The notes: generated by a model not told the origin, from the sequence alone. 64,000 bases of DNA from Lingula anatina (GCA_051362555.1 CM120640.1:44122788-44186787); one strand, 5' to 3'. Counted from the stretch's first letter, positions 1-14,213 are shown. Numbers and translations: made by a program.

Positions 1-900
1 TGCTAAAAAATTTCTATTTCTATGGTGGTCCAAGAAAATGCATTTCAAACTGAACAAACTTGTTGGTAATTAATTGGGAAATTTTGGTTGTCACCTTGGA
101 TTAACATACCATCTTAGATGTGCCTTTAAACAATTGAAACAATCCTCCTATATCAATTTATTGTTAAATAAAAATGACGTATAGGCCTACTTCATTAAAT
201 ACTTATACATATTATACAGTTTAATAATAATAATAATAATATATATATATATATATATCCCTTTATATATTTTAAAAATAAGATACACTTTGTTCCTTTG
301 ACTCATAATGGTAAGGGGTGTATGGCGACCATATTATTTCTTCTCTAATTATAAAGCCTTTATTCTGCGCATAGCTAGTAAAATGCAGATAGTGTAGTAG
401 AGAATCCAAATTTGATGAAATTTTGCTTTTATCATTTGTTTGACACTTATTCCAAATTAAAGAAAAAATTACTTAATATTGGTGAAATTTTGGTCGACAT
501 CTTGGATAAAGAAGCCAATTTGAATTTTAAAATTAACATTAAAATATTGAAACAATATCATAATCATCCATTTTTTCATTCGTATTTCTAGCCTTGACTC
601 CCTTACTAGAGGCAGTTCAACTAAATTTTCAAGATATAATTAACACAAATACTAGCGAGTACATGTTAAACATGCTTTTATTTTACACACTTGAGAATAT
701 TTCGACATTGAAACTTAAATAAAACGTGCCGCCGCACATTTCGCAGGGGATTTAGCTTTAAAGCGGGTTCATCTATAGTGACAGCTAAACCCTTCAAATA
801 GTAAGAATATGAACTAAGATGGTAAGAACAAGAGCGTCGTGTTGCGCTTTACGTTGTGTGCAGAACATTTTGACGAAAAAGTTTCTTCTTCGACGTCTAA

Positions 901-1336
901 AACCCCAATTACACTGGACGGCGTCCTTTCTGCGTCCTTTGTGCGACCATGGAACTGGCCAGGTCGCCGTTGGACGCACAAAGAACGTTCAAGCATCGCC
1001 GATGATGCCATGCTCGTCGCGAATTTTTGAACATGTTCAAAACAATCGCAGAGAGAACGCGATGGAGGATGGACGCTGTAAGGTCGCTCAAGGGACGCAG
1101 AGAGGACACACAAGCAGCGTTGTGGTCGTAGAGAGAAAGGCACAAGCATCGCTTTGTTTGCAGAATGAATGCTCTATGATCGGCCAGTTGTCGGCACGTG
1201 ATGGGAAAATCAAGATTCGGTCGTTCGGACGCAGACGCCTGTACACTGAGACACGTTTTAATTGCTTTGGCGACCGTTGAGCGTCCTGCCCACATTTTTG
1301 ATCGCAGAAAGGACGCCGGCCAGTGTTAAGGGGGCT
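901..1336. mobile_element. Non-autonomous DNA transposon (MITE), PIF/Harbinger-like
   Basis: Imperfect terminal inverted repeats of ~35 bp: left AACCCCAATTACACTGGACGGCGTCCTTTCTGCG, reverse complement of right end AGCCCCCTTAACACTGGCCGGCGTCCTTTCTGCG. Flanked by TAA and TAG, a degenerate TWA-type target site. GC-rich island in AT-rich DNA with no transposase ORF. Confidence 0.65.
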
Positions 1337-4300
1337 TAGGTTTCAAGGTGAGCAGCGTCTAATGCACGTGACCCATAATGCAAAAAATTACTCTTACTAC
1401 GGATGTTATCAGGATCGGATTACTCTAATGTTATACAAACAAATTAATTCTCAAGGCTGGGCGTTGTAAACTTACAGAGTAGTGTAAAAACGGCAACTGT
1501 TCAGCACACAAAGATCCCCATGAAAACCACCATGTGGCTTTGCACTCACACTGTGAAACATCATTTTTGTCATCTTACCAAAATAGCACGGCTGTAGGCT
1601 GAGAAAAATGTTTCGGGGCAGCTGTTGAGGTCGACAATGTATGCACGAAGGTTATTTGCACCGTAGTGAGTACTCGTGTAGACGCTTACTGAAGGAAAAG
1701 TAAAATACTTCTGATAGCCTGGGAGAAAGAAAAACTCGTATCAATTTTAATTCAATTTTTTCAAAAATATCTGTCCCTTTCCTGCGCCCCACAACATACG
1801 ACCCTTGTTAAAACACCACTGCCCCACAACAATTATCATTGTTTTCCTAAATTCCATATTCTGCACATGTATACAGTTTACAAGAAATCCAAAGTAATTT
1901 GAAATATGTATAAATATAAGTCTGAAAGAAATTGTGGCAGAGTAAAGACCGCGGGTCACAGTTTTCTTTAAAAGAGACTTTTGTACTACCTTTCACGACA
2001 CCTGTGCTTAGAGTTTTCTGTGATAGCATCAAATTCACTGTACAGTATATGTAGTATACATTTACTTACATACCTACCACTGGCGAAGTATAGTATGTCA
2101 ATCAGGTTTGGAATGCACAAATCATGACCAGCTGTGACACTTGCGACGATGTATACTTAGAATAGGTTTTGATATTTGTTTTCCTGTCGTTTGATCTCGC
2201 ATTTGGTATTCAAATGGCTTTTCCTGAAGTTTGAGCCACTGATAATTAAGGCGCTTGTCTGTGCCGCATCCCTTTGTATAAGGTGGCTGGCGTACGACTT
2301 GTGAAGTTGTCTGTTTTCTATCTTTTGACGTGGTCGTTTTTATTTAGTCAACATTTCTGTAAGTTAACTTACGGTAGAGGGACTATTAATGAATTTGAAT
2401 TTATAAAAAATTGATCACGCAGTATGTTTGCATTGAAAAAACAAATCACTTGGCGAACAAATTGGCCAGCTGTTTTAATATTGGGCAGGTTAAAATAAAG
2501 ACCTGAAATACCTTAGATTTGTAAAGACCAAGCACATAAATGTAACAGAGCAATTAAAGTTTAATCCAATCCAAGTTGTCAGCTAGACAAGTGACATTTT
2601 CTTTCCAAACTTATTGCGTCAACTGAAATGACTAAAAGGAAACGTCAGTGGCAAACATTTTAGTTGGCACTTTAGAGTGTTAGCTGATGGGCCCCAGCCG
2701 TAATTAGTTTATTTGGCGCCGAGAATGTCCAATGGTTCTAGCTGATGAAAACGGCAGGATGCTTTCTCTTTTCATTATCTAACGAAGTCAGCGATCATAT
2801 ACCTTCCAAATGTCAGACCTCGTAAGACTGCTCTTTCAATTGCCAAGTTTACAATCATATGCAGGGTGCCATTGAACGAATAATATTATGTTATTATGAA
2901 CAGGTAACAAAGAAACACAGTTTACTGCACATTGATCGATTTCCAAAGGAAAACATCCGGTCTCTAGTGGCCTAATCGAACAATATCCAATCGATATATC
3001 CAAAAAGAAAAAACACTGTCGTAAATAAGTCATTAGGTTAAAAAGCCAACCTGTCGAACCTGTCGGTTAGAAATAGGTGCAACCAAGATAAACGTTAATA
3101 TACTGAGTGAGGTTTACCTACAAATTAGCTTTTGGGATTTCCGGCATCCGTAGAATTCTGATTCTTTTATTCGTTAATATCTTAATTTCTAGATGATTAG
3201 AAAATGTTTTTTTAGGATCAATTAAGTTGGCAATCCTAACAAATCTGTCAGCACATGACGCACAGACGAAATTCTCGATACGGTGTTTGGTTCAAAACGT
3301 GCCATTTCTCAAATGGGATTCTTTCTTCAAACATGACCAGGTACATGTGTTTGGCTTTATTTCTGAAGTAATATCCATCCTAAAATCGTTCATCAGTGAG
3401 AAACGCGACAAGAAATATTAAAACCATCTTGATGTCAGGGGAACGGAATGACAAATGAAACATGTTGCAGTGATAATGAATCCCAGAGGAACCAACTGGA
3501 TCATTATTGAATTTATTAATATATTGTATGGGAAGATAAGGAGATCGCACGTTACCATTTAACTGCGTGTATATATTCAAATTAACAATGTGTCGTCTCG
3601 GATATTGGAATTAATTTATCTGCGTGGTTAAATCTCAAATTATAAAGGGATTATATGAAGCAATCATCCCATTAAAGGTGATTTCTTATCTTATCTCGGA
3701 CTCAGAAAATTTAATATAGGGCCGTCCACATGATCCGGACTATGAAAAACCTGAAGATAATGAACTGGCCTCACGGACTTTGCTGTATAGGGGCACTCAC
3801 CCTAATGGCTCCTAAATATTTCAAAATCCATTTGAATCGACCTGGTCGGATGGTAACGTCAACTTTGTCTTGACAACAAACACGAGAGTGTGTTCTGCAC
3901 CTTAACTGAGCGTGTGAAATAGCACGTTTCCAAATCCCGCTTGAAAGAACATCTATAGTCGGGTCTTTTGTTTTTTCCTTTGCTTTTTCTAGAAAAAAAC
4001 TTTGACTCGATAGTTAAATCCGTTTCCCTGATTCTCGTAATGTACATGTAATAGTAACAAGCTGCTCTTGCCGGGTGGCTCATCGTGGGATATCAAACGC
4101 GCCTCATCCTTCAAACATGTCTAATTTGCGTCCTACATGGCAGATAAACAAGCGATTCTTTTCAATTATTGTATCTGTTTTACACAGTGTAATTCCCATA
4201 TTCCCTGCTGTTGCTGGAGTAATTTCACGGTTTTATGGCTATATACATCCCTAGATTCTTCACAAACAATTCTACACGATATTGATGTTTTCATCGGTAC

Positions 4301-6394
4301 TAAAACATCGCAGAAGATGCAATTCCTCTTACTATGTCTACATATTCATGTTGATACCAGTAAATTATTTCATACGACACCATTTAGCAATTTATTAATG
4401 TAACTGTCAGAGCAGAATTGTTAAGATAGTGGTAAAAAAACAGTGATGGTTATTCTTACGTCACACTACACCTATTTCCTAAGGTTAAGGGAGAGATGCG
4501 TGCACATGACAACGAGTTTACATAAGTAAGTTCCAAAGTACCTGTATGACCTCGCAGAAAAATATTGTCACAATCGAAATATTGGTAGGGATTTCTTTTT
4601 CGGTGAATTGATTTATTGATATATCCACTTTAATCTCACCCCTGGTGCCATTATATCATCAAATCATATATCATAATATTAACTGTGGCATCATCGTGTC
4701 ATACAGGTCAGACGTGAAGGACCCCGGCGCCACGGAGCATCTAAATAATGTAAAAAGACTGTATACTAGTGATTCTTCTTTATAGGGTACCGCTGTTTTC
4801 CTGCTTTATGAAAGTCTGTATTTCTAGAGCAAAAAGAGCAGATTTTCGTTCCATCATTCCTACCTGTCAGTCCATACCGTATCAGTGCTTTTAATGGGAA
4901 TACCGTGTTATCATTAGCACGTGTAATAAGTGCCTGTGCACCGCTTTGAAATGAAATCGGAAAACAATATTGCTTTGTTATCATTATATATGATTGTCAG
5001 TGTTTCTCAGCGTTCCTTTTGAAATGTCCGCATTTGAGATATTCTAGCCAGTGATATTATAAAATGCACAACTCATGCATTGTGTGGGTTGAGTTCTCTT
5101 CGATGTTCTCAAAGGTGTTTCGTCTTTTAGGCATACTTTTGAATCTCTCTGTTGCAAATTTTAAGGACAGGCTTAACCTAAAGGGGAGGGCAAAAAGTTT
5201 CATCATAATTATATTCTGGCCGAATGCTTTTGTATACTACATGTAGTACATGTACCATTTTTGTGTGAATAAGTTGTTTCTGGTGTCAGGTAAAATGACA
5301 CCAACTAACTATGGATAAAACATTTTATCCAGTTCTGAAACAAGACTACCTTAATAATTTGTTTCGGAAACTTGCAGTTTTTACTGCAAAAGACTTTCCT
5401 CCGTGTACTTGATCCCCTTTCAATCTAGCTGTTGTGCACTCTAACAACCACAGAGACCAAATCTTCAGCAATTACAAGATTTCCACACTGTTCTCACTCG
5501 ACTAGTTTCTACACTTAGAACAATACCAGGGATCCTTCTTGTCACATATTGAAAGTACTCTTCACGCACTACATTGTGAATATATTAGCATGTATTTTGC
5601 CCCCAGAATCCTAATGTCCATTTATCTTATTGTTTTGCCATCTTTTTGACACCTCATTTCCTCATAACAAGATTGTACATGGAAAATATGTTTATTAATG
5701 AGTTCCCAGTGACACCGAAAGACATTGATTTCAATCGCAATATAAGTGTTCTCTCTGATTAAGTTGCATAACGGATAATATTTTAGTCAAAAATAAAGAC
5801 AAATGAATTGAATATAATAATTGGCATGATTTCATTTGTTCTTGTCAGATGTAAATATTGAGCACTAAGATGCTCAGTTGTTTATGAAAGCAAAACTGTT
5901 TGCTGTTATAACATATTAATCAATCCCTTCCAAATTATCAGAGCTATTTCACTATCCCCCAAGTAGTATAATATAATATAATTACAAGTAAGTAATAAGG
6001 ATAACACTAGTAAAATAGTTTTTAAACATTCCTAGAAAGTTAGTTTTAACTGAATTAAAATCTTTTTCCTTCGAGGCCAGTAACAGAAGTCTATCGCATT
6101 GCATTAGTAGAGGTCATACCTGCAAGTACGTCACAACTAACACAACAGCAATTGCTGTCTGGTAACCTATATCGATGAACAGTTATGTCTATAAAAAACA
6201 CTAAAAAGATTTCCCTCAATTAAGTTCCATGCAGAAATATCCTAGGATTACCTTAGTTAGCACCATCATTGCATTGAAATGAAACGAGATTGTCCAGGAG
6301 AATCAGAATCGGGGAAAAATTATCCCTCTGAAGCTGCCTCTTGTATACACGCCATTGGCATTAAAATTAACGGCTATGGTCCATAGTAATTCTA

Positions 6395-7528
6395 TTAGAT
6401 CTTTCTAAGTATCCTTATCAGTTCTGATTCGTTGTTAACTATCATGGCTAATCTATTTTTCAGCGTTGTGAATTCCCGCGTTGGAGCATTTGCAAGGAGA
6501 TTAAAGCCTTCCAAGAAAAAATCTTGCAAATTACGAGTCGAAATGCTCTGCAAGAGGTCCGTTAACATGATAAGAAAGCACGTCTCAAGATGGTCTCGTT
6601 GCCATCGCGGAGACGTGTCAACGTCACAGTCAAAGCTGTTAAACAACACCGCCTTAAAATGGTAGGAGCTGAGTCCGTGTAAAGTTTTTTCGCGCCTGAA
6701 CATTGCTTTGATTATTTTGAAAGCTTTGATTCTGGTACCCCTGTCTGCGAGCTCCATCGTTTTCATCACTCTCTGTTCTTTTTCGTGATGACAGTACCTC
6801 CATAAGAGCTCGGAACCAGGGTACTCGTCATACCAGTACGTTCTCGTTACAAGATAATCGAAAGGCGGATTAGCGTTGTTTCCTTTTAATACGATCGTCG
6901 GGATGATGTTCAGTTTGATAGTAGATTTCACCATCAGGGCGACCCTTGCTTTCCCTTGTGGTTCATCCTCAAAGGGGATGAGAGTAATATTTGGTATCTC
7001 TATTGGATACTTTAAAGCGTGTTCAATCACTTTGTAAACACTCTTGTCTACTCTGATAGGGGAGAGGTGCTTCCTGTCATGTTCGTTCCTACCGTACCTG
7101 TACTTGTCAGGTGCGTTGGGAGGGTTTTTCGGAGTCCTGGGGATTATCACACGCATATAACCAGGCTCCATTAAATCGGTAGTACATTTCCCTTCATCGA
7201 AAGGAAGAAATACATCAACTTCTTTCGCGGAAATCACCTGTGTTCCGTCAAACACACTCCCACCATAAATAACACTTTTGGCAAACTTGATGTCGAACTT
7301 GTTGGTCCGCATGCGAGGAAGTAAGGTGTCGATGACTTTCTGTGCCCGCTTTCGTAGTGTCACTAATTTTCCCTCAGGAATAACCGCCACGTTATGATAA
7401 TATGACTCCAAATGATCCGTGAGAGGCGTAGACGGAGGTAACATAGTTTTTTCTTGTCCTAACCTCGGCAGTTTTAAAAATGGTCTAGAGTTTAGCTGTG
7501 ATCCACTCTGTCTTACATCGACTGCCAT
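6395..7528 (-). CDS. Mab-21/cGAS-like receptor (cGLR) family nucleotidyltransferase-fold protein, single coding exon, 377 aa
   Basis: Uninterrupted ATG-started ORF. NTase motif GGSVFDGTQVISAKEVDVFL fits G-S...E-x-D. Mab-21 C-lobe motifs: WRYCHHEKE, KAFKIIKAM, LSSYHFKAVLF and W..DHLETCF...L.DFFLEGFNLL. Confidence 0.88.
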   Translation of the reverse strand: MAVDVRQSGSQLNSRPFLKLPRLGQEKTMLPPSTPLTDHLESYYHNVAVIPEGKLVTLRKRAQKVIDTLLPRMRTNKFDIKFAKSVIYGGSVFDGTQVISAKEVDVFLPFDEGKCTTDLMEPGYMRVIIPRTPKNPPNAPDKYRYGRNEHDRKHLSPIRVDKSVYKVIEHALKYPIEIPNITLIPFEDEPQGKARVALMVKSTIKLNIIPTIVLKGNNANPPFDYLVTRTYWYDEYPGSELLWRYCHHEKEQRVMKTMELADRGTRIKAFKIIKAMFRREKTLHGLSSYHFKAVLFNSFDCDVDTSPRWQRDHLETCFLIMLTDLLQSISTRNLQDFFLEGFNLLANAPTREFTTLKNRLAMIVNNESELIRILRKI

Positions 7529-9245
7529 TGAAACCAGTGACTTTTTTTCCCGACTTGCTATTAACTCACGTAACTGCTAGTTCCTCTCGGCAGGAGACCA
7601 CTGTTTATATGCCTCGTACAAAGTTTAGAATATCACCAACTGCCTGTCAAGTCCCGCCCCAGACCACTTCTGTCTCAAAAGTAGGCTTTGGCGATACTCG
7701 TAGGTCATACTGTGATAATTTGAAATCCCCCTGTTCAGTGATAAAGTAAAAATCTGTACGTGTAGTTTCGTTGCTGTGGTCTCTTTCACGTGGGGGTAAA
7801 CAATCAAACGCCACTATTTACGCCCCGGACCTTGTTCACCCCGTGCTTTTTCACTTTGCTTATAGCTATTAAACACACAGCGGTCTACTTACTGAGCAAA
7901 CACCCCCTTTTATGCCGTTAATAAAAGGTGAATATCAAGCATAACCTGTATTTCTCAACAATTTTAATACAACTATTCAGAACACGATGTTTGTGTAGCA
8001 TTCATACACCGGCGTCGCCTTTATTCGAAAATGTTAATATATCAGAAAGAGCACGAACAACATTAAGACTAAAATACGTTTTAAAAAAGTTGTTTATTTC
8101 GTGTGTGCCATTTAAGAACAAAGGGTTATTACGCCAAGCATATTGCACCGCTGTGTAAACGACTTGATTTAGATGAGCTTCGGGGCTCACGTAATGTGCT
8201 TAACTACTAAAACTTTTGTTGTTCCGACATATTTACTCTGCATTATTAGTCCCACGAAGAGCCATGAAGCGTGTGCCTATATACAGAGTAACAGTTAATA
8301 AGTTGCAATATGTTAACTTTGGTCACTCAAGCCTCTCTGACAGACTGAAATCAGATTCTTTCTTTCTTTAACATTTACAAAATATGGCTATTTATTCATG
8401 ATGATTTTCAAAATTCTTTCAAGTAAATAGGTAAACAGGCGAAGAAAATAGTACGTCATCGAAACCACTTAAACAGTGCACAGTACCGCAACATTTTTTT
8501 ATCATAGTTTACACATCGAATCACTACCATGCTTTTACATTGAACATACCGTCGGAATTTACCATAACAACACACTACCAAAGTTAAATTTTTCACATCA
8601 AATAAACATTGTAACACCCGGATATTTAATATACCAAACGGATTAGACTTTCCCAACGTTTCGATAACCATAAAAAGTGTATCTCATGTCATCCATTAGC
8701 ACCACATTCTGATTCATATTTATCAATGAATGATATAAACAGCCAGTCAAAAATTAGAATCCACTCAATTTAAGGATATTCAGATATTCAGGATATTCAG
8801 ACAAAATATACTGCAATAGTCTATACTTGAAAGGTCCATATAATAACATCAACATTCAATACTCTAAACTAACTAGTGTAATGACATTTTACGAAAATTT
8901 TCTCTTGGCTTAAGCCTAGGGAGCAGTTAAGTGCATTGTTTGTATTTTTACTTTGCACACAAAAGCAAAGCTAGTGTTTTCATTAAATGATATCCCGCTA
9001 ATGAGACATAAGTAGAAACTGCATTTTAACAATAAATAGGAATATTCAAGATGACAGAAACTCACGATGCGTCACTTTAACTACAACTTTATAGCTACCT
9101 TTATCGTAAGATGTCAAATAGATAATGAATAAGTATACATCAAAGATAATGGTATATCTCCCAAGCATCTTGTTTCTTACACGATATATTACACTTACAG
9201 AGGCACAGATTAATATGACTGTGTTAGGTGTGCCAGGAACACAAT

Positions 9246-12095
9246 TCACACGTTGCCTGTAACAAGCACCGGGGCTTCAGCGCTGGTATGTAACGTCTTC
9301 AGACTGTACCGCGAGGTGCGGGAGGTTCTCCTGGAAGATTGATCCCTAGGGCGACACGTAGTTTTACGGGGGTTCAGTAAGCGAAGACAGCAAACCAAGG
9401 CCTTGAGACGTCTTCTAAATTTCTGACTAAATATACTGTACAGGATGGGGTTGACCGCTGAGTTAATGTACCCCATCGAAATCACGAACACCCTGAAGGA
9501 CCAGGTGAAGTGGAAAGGCACAGACGCAAAGGTGTTGTAAAACAGCAGTACCTGTATTGGAGAGTAGCAGATGAAGTAGACTATAACGCAGGCTATGAGC
9601 ATCTTCACGACACCTCTGCGTGCTTTCACTGCCACGTGCGTGTTGGGTTTCTCCGAGCCATCACGTGTGCTTACTGGTTTATGGTGCAGCGTCGCGGAAT
9701 TCAGAAATAGGCGTTTCCCTATGATGGTATAGAGAACTAGCTGTGCGATCATGGGGACTAAGAAAAGAAAGCCGAACTCGGCGTACTTGAATATGCTTTT
9801 TAATAAGCGCGAGGGGTATACCCCCCGGCAGAATTTCACATACGGGTTAGGCCCCACCACTTGGTTGTACAACAGTATGGGGACGCCGAAGGCGCACGCC
9901 AGGGTCCAGATTACGCCGATGGCGACGCAGACGCGGGAACGACTGCAGACGATGTGGGCTTGGATTGGGTGAACTATCGCCACGTATCTGAAAATACAGA
10001 TAGAACTGTGTTAATTTGACAGTGGCTCGCAATCTGTTTACTTCCTGAAAATTAGATCGATCATTTTATCTTCATTTTGTCTCCAACTCCATGAAAGCCT
10101 TTTTGTTTGACGTAATATCTTTATTAGGATCTTGCAGTGCAAATTCTCGCAGAATCGATATTCGCGATTCCCTTATATTGAAACTAGATAAAAAATTCCT
10201 TTCAGCATGAAGATGATATTTTCGGGACATGTTATTGATGCCTGAGCGTAAAAGGTCTCTCTGATTCATTAATTTAATGGTTTCGAAATGCATTTTTCGT
10301 GTAAATCTAGGCTTTTGGCGGTCCGTCAATTTTAGACTGATTACTCCGTTTCTTGATAGTGTACACCGTGCATTGCGGTGCGGCTTTCTCATGCTTCGTT
10401 CGGTGCACCCAGTAGATCCCACGCTGCCTGCTCTTTGGGTTGGTGTTACACTGCGGTTACGGTATACTTGGCGTCTCCCGGAAACTTCCCTGAAACTTCA
10501 CTCGAAACTACCCTGGATACTCGTTCAAATACTCGACTCTTATGTAGAATTGAAAAAGATAATGTTAAGTAGATGTAGACTGGCTTAAAGATACAAAGGA
10601 ATGCATTTCATGTTTGTTACGGTTTTGCTGTATCGAATTAGAAAAAAAGAAAATGGTGCTGTGGAATTAGTAACATAGTCTGTTATTTCAAAGTTTTACT
10701 TTTCTAACAGTTATTTGTAGATAATTTTTTAAGAGGTGGAAAATTTGTCCGCTTAGCTCTAGAGCTTAATGAGATTTCGCTTTTTGTTACACGTTAATGA
10801 AACTTTTCTTTCCGCGTATCAATCGGTGTAAGATTAGAATTATTTCCACAAACGTGATAAGTTTGTTTAATTAATTTAAGCAACTCCGGGAATACAGCAG
10901 CTGGAAGTTCTCTATTTTTAGCGGTAATTCGAAGCCATGATTAGTGACTTTTTGTTTGCGAAAAGATGTGCGAGCTGACAATCAAAAATTTTGGTCACAT
11001 TAAGTCAACGGTGCCCTCTCTGCGTTTTTGTATTCGGCATTAGTATTTGGGTAGGGTACATAGAGAATGATATCAAACATGGAAAATCTTCCCCAGCCCG
11101 CATAACATCAACTGAAATCACTGTTTTCGAGTGTCTCGTTCAAATCCAAGCGAAGTATGAACTTTTTTCCGCAAATTTTACCATTAAATGAGGTGCGGAG
11201 AAAGGAAAGGCCCGGAGTTCAAAGGGGCCCAGTATTTTTTTTACGTTTTATACGTGGCTATCTTATTTCTCAGGAATTCAATTTATGTTTTTCGTAATTT
11301 TTTATACTATACGTAAGCCCTTTTCCTTGATTTCATTGCAAATTCGCTGTCCTCATTTTACTTATTTACAGTGTATGTAATTCATGTTGTACTGTCCCTT
11401 TATTTCCATGTTTTATACTTTTTGTACATTTGTTCTGGTATCTATCGTCTCTTGATATCATTTTCAGTATCTTGGTCGGATATTAAACAAACAAACAAAC
11501 AAACCAATCAACTAAAACTATATTCTTTACCTCTTTGTTTACACTTGTGTTTTTTAGCCACGAGCATGCAATACTTGTATATATGCATAAAATTAATTAT
11601 TTCAAATAGTGATCACGAGTTGTTTTTTTTTCCCTCAATTCACATTGTAGTTTTTAAAATGTCTACATTAAAAACAAGATGACCATATTAGGGCGTAGAG
11701 AAATACGGTGAGAAGCGAACAAGATGCTTTCAAAGGGTAGAAGCACAACTTAATTTTGGTTTGATATTCGATCCGTAGTCTCCCTCTATAACTAGTTATG
11801 TCGAACTTATATCCAGCACTTACCAGTATGGTTTAGAGACCAGGGAGAGGGCTATGAAGATAAACTGTTTTAGCAATGTTTTTCGTGTTACTTGAACTGT
11901 TTGTACTTGGGCATTTTAACCCATTATTCTCTGTATATGTAGATTAAAGTTACTAGAAGCCATTAGGAACTTCAAACCTTAATCTTTCCGACATCTGTAC
12001 TTACATACCATCTAGGCCCATCCATGAAAAATAAGGGAAGTATTTCCAGGGCCCTATGAAGAGAAACCTCTCCTAATTGAAAATCGTTAAATTGG

Positions 12096-12126
<31 letters not shown>

Positions 12127-12663
12127 ATTACGCTGAGCATTTCCCCAAACTTGCAAAATATCTCAAATGGAAAGTGTAGTCCTTATCTAAACTATATTTT
12201 CAACCAATACATTTTTTGTTATTTCCAACAGCCCCTTACCGGTGTCTTACCTTTCTACACAAACTGCGAGCAGCGTCAGGATGGACGCAGCTAGCGATGT
12301 CACCAGAAGTCCCCGCTGTAGTTTGCACAGTACCTCGTCCAGCAACCAGCCCTGGTTTAACATGAACATGACAATATCTGGAACCCCAAGTAACATGATC
12401 AACAGATCAGCTATAGCTAAGTTTGTGATGAAAAGGTTTGTTGCAGACGAACGCATCTGGTAGTTACTGAGAACGACATAGATGACCATGAAGTTACCAG
12501 TGACCCCTACGGACACAATGAAAAACCAGAGGAACGATAAAACAACGACGATTTCTTTAGAGGCAGGTCCGTCACGAGGGCCTGCTGTCAAGTTATTCAA
12601 AACTGCGAGATCATCTGTCCAATTCACCGCACTCGTGCAGTTTGAGTCTGTCATCTCCAACAT
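9246..12663 (-). CDS. Rhodopsin-class (class A) GPCR, neuropeptide-receptor-like; exons 12663-12251 and 9987-9246
   Basis: Exon 1 has N-glycosylation sequons (NCT, NWT, NLT), TM1 GN, TM2 NLAIADLL and the TM3 Cys. The splice GAAAG|gtaag...ttttcag|ATACGTG rebuilds the ERY motif. Exon 2 has the TM4 Trp, TM6 CYSP and TM7 NSAVNPILY. The start may be the ATG at 12663 or at 12654. Confidence 0.9.
12102..12126. repeat. (GA)n microsatellite in the GPCR intron
   Basis: Direct dinucleotide run. Confidence 0.9.
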
Positions 12664-13333
12664 CTTTTGAAGAGGAAAAAAATCAGACACCTGCGTCAAC
12701 CTCTACGAACGTAAAACGAGAAGTGGCTCGATCGTTTCTTCTTTCCTTGATAGCTCGGTCTTTCACGAATGTTGGCAGTTCGTTCGTCCGTACAAATTAC
12801 GTGCACATATATATATTGAGTGCATCTCTGGCGGAGTAGAAATAAACATCATCCTCCTATCCGAAGGTTAAGACCAACTTATGATCAATAAAGACAAGTG
12901 GCGTTTCGCTGTTACTTAAACAAATCTCCTTTGGGAGGATGCCCACCATGACAACTTCCAGGTAAAAATTAATGAAAGATTAATATATTTTAGACTGAGA
13001 AATGGGCCAATTACGCTTTAAACGAGTAAAAAGCGTGTTATTGCTCCAAGGCAGGTATCCCTTTAGTAAGGTCGGGGAGGCTTTAACATCAAATGTGAAC
13101 ATGATGCACGCTGTGCAGGAACACGAGGATTAATGGATTTCTAATCAATAAACACCAAGGGCGGCAAAGACAACAAACTGACCGTACCCCCGCTGATCAA
13201 GACATGGTCGACCGCAAGAATCGACTGCATGGTAGCCAGTCCTATAACGTGCTTACTCTTATGACTGTTGCAGAAGTATATTGAATAATGGCAAACACCC
13301 TATATTATATTCCTCCGATTATGGCAAAAGCTT

Positions 13334-13337
<4 letters not shown>

Positions 13338-13370
<33 letters not shown>
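13338..13370. repeat. (CT)n microsatellite
   Basis: Direct dinucleotide run. Confidence 0.9.
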
Positions 13371-13374
<4 letters not shown>

Positions 13375-14213
13375 AACCATAAACGCAGCAAATTCTTAAG
13401 CTCTTAGAATTCTAGGATCTAGGATCTGCTCTATGTCAAACAATAGACTTGCTCTCCGAAAACGTCATCAAAAAACCCCTATCTTGAAAACACGGCTTTC
13501 GCAGATTTTTTTCATAAAAGAGTCTCCGCTAACACATCCAGTAATATACCTATACCCGAGAAGTCACGTGACATTGGTGGATCTAGGATATGACTAAAGG
13601 AGAGAGAAGGGGGGCACAAGGACAAAAAGGATAATGTTACCACAATACTTTGGGTAGAGGGATAGAAAAATCGCTTGGATTTGTCTCTTTTCGCTTCTTG
13701 TACATTTGGGGGGAGGGGGGTAGAAGATGAGTAAACTATACATATATTTTTCGAAAGTAATAACATGAAACATTTTCAAGCACAATGAGCTTAGATTTAA
13801 CTAGTAAACAGTTCTCGTTCATAACATAAGTACATTTGATGGATTCCAATGATATATTGTTCATGCCTCCTCTATTCTAATATTATTGTAGGGGTCTTTT
13901 CAGAGCACCATAAAAACTAATCATTTCAAGGAAGCTTAATATAAAGACAAACATGAACATGTGATAAAAAACTTAGTCCCCTCAACAAATATCTTTTATA
14001 TACCCAGAGCATGTTCTAGTATCTCAAACATAATGTTATCTCAGACACATTTCTATGTTTGAATCTTAAAGGTATCCACACACTTTTTTGGAGGGGGAGA
14101 AGGGCTCACACAAAAGTATAATATTTGCTGTACCGACCCAATGTTGAGTATTCTGAATATTCTGAATATTAATGGAACAAGAGGCAGGCGTTTACGATCG
14201 ATTCCGTGACGAC

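Noticed and set aside
794-1295. Five overlapping ORFs of 61-153 aa
   Set aside because: They overlap the GC-rich MITE, show no recognisable protein motifs and are expected by chance where stop codons are scarce.
7720-7860. kB-like (GGGGATTTC) and IRF-like (AAAGTGAAA) words on the minus strand upstream of the cGLR
   Set aside because: Imperfect short matches with an unknown TSS cannot be told from chance.
10072-10588. ORFs of 116, 103 and 64 aa in the GPCR intron
   Set aside because: No domain signal or splice context.
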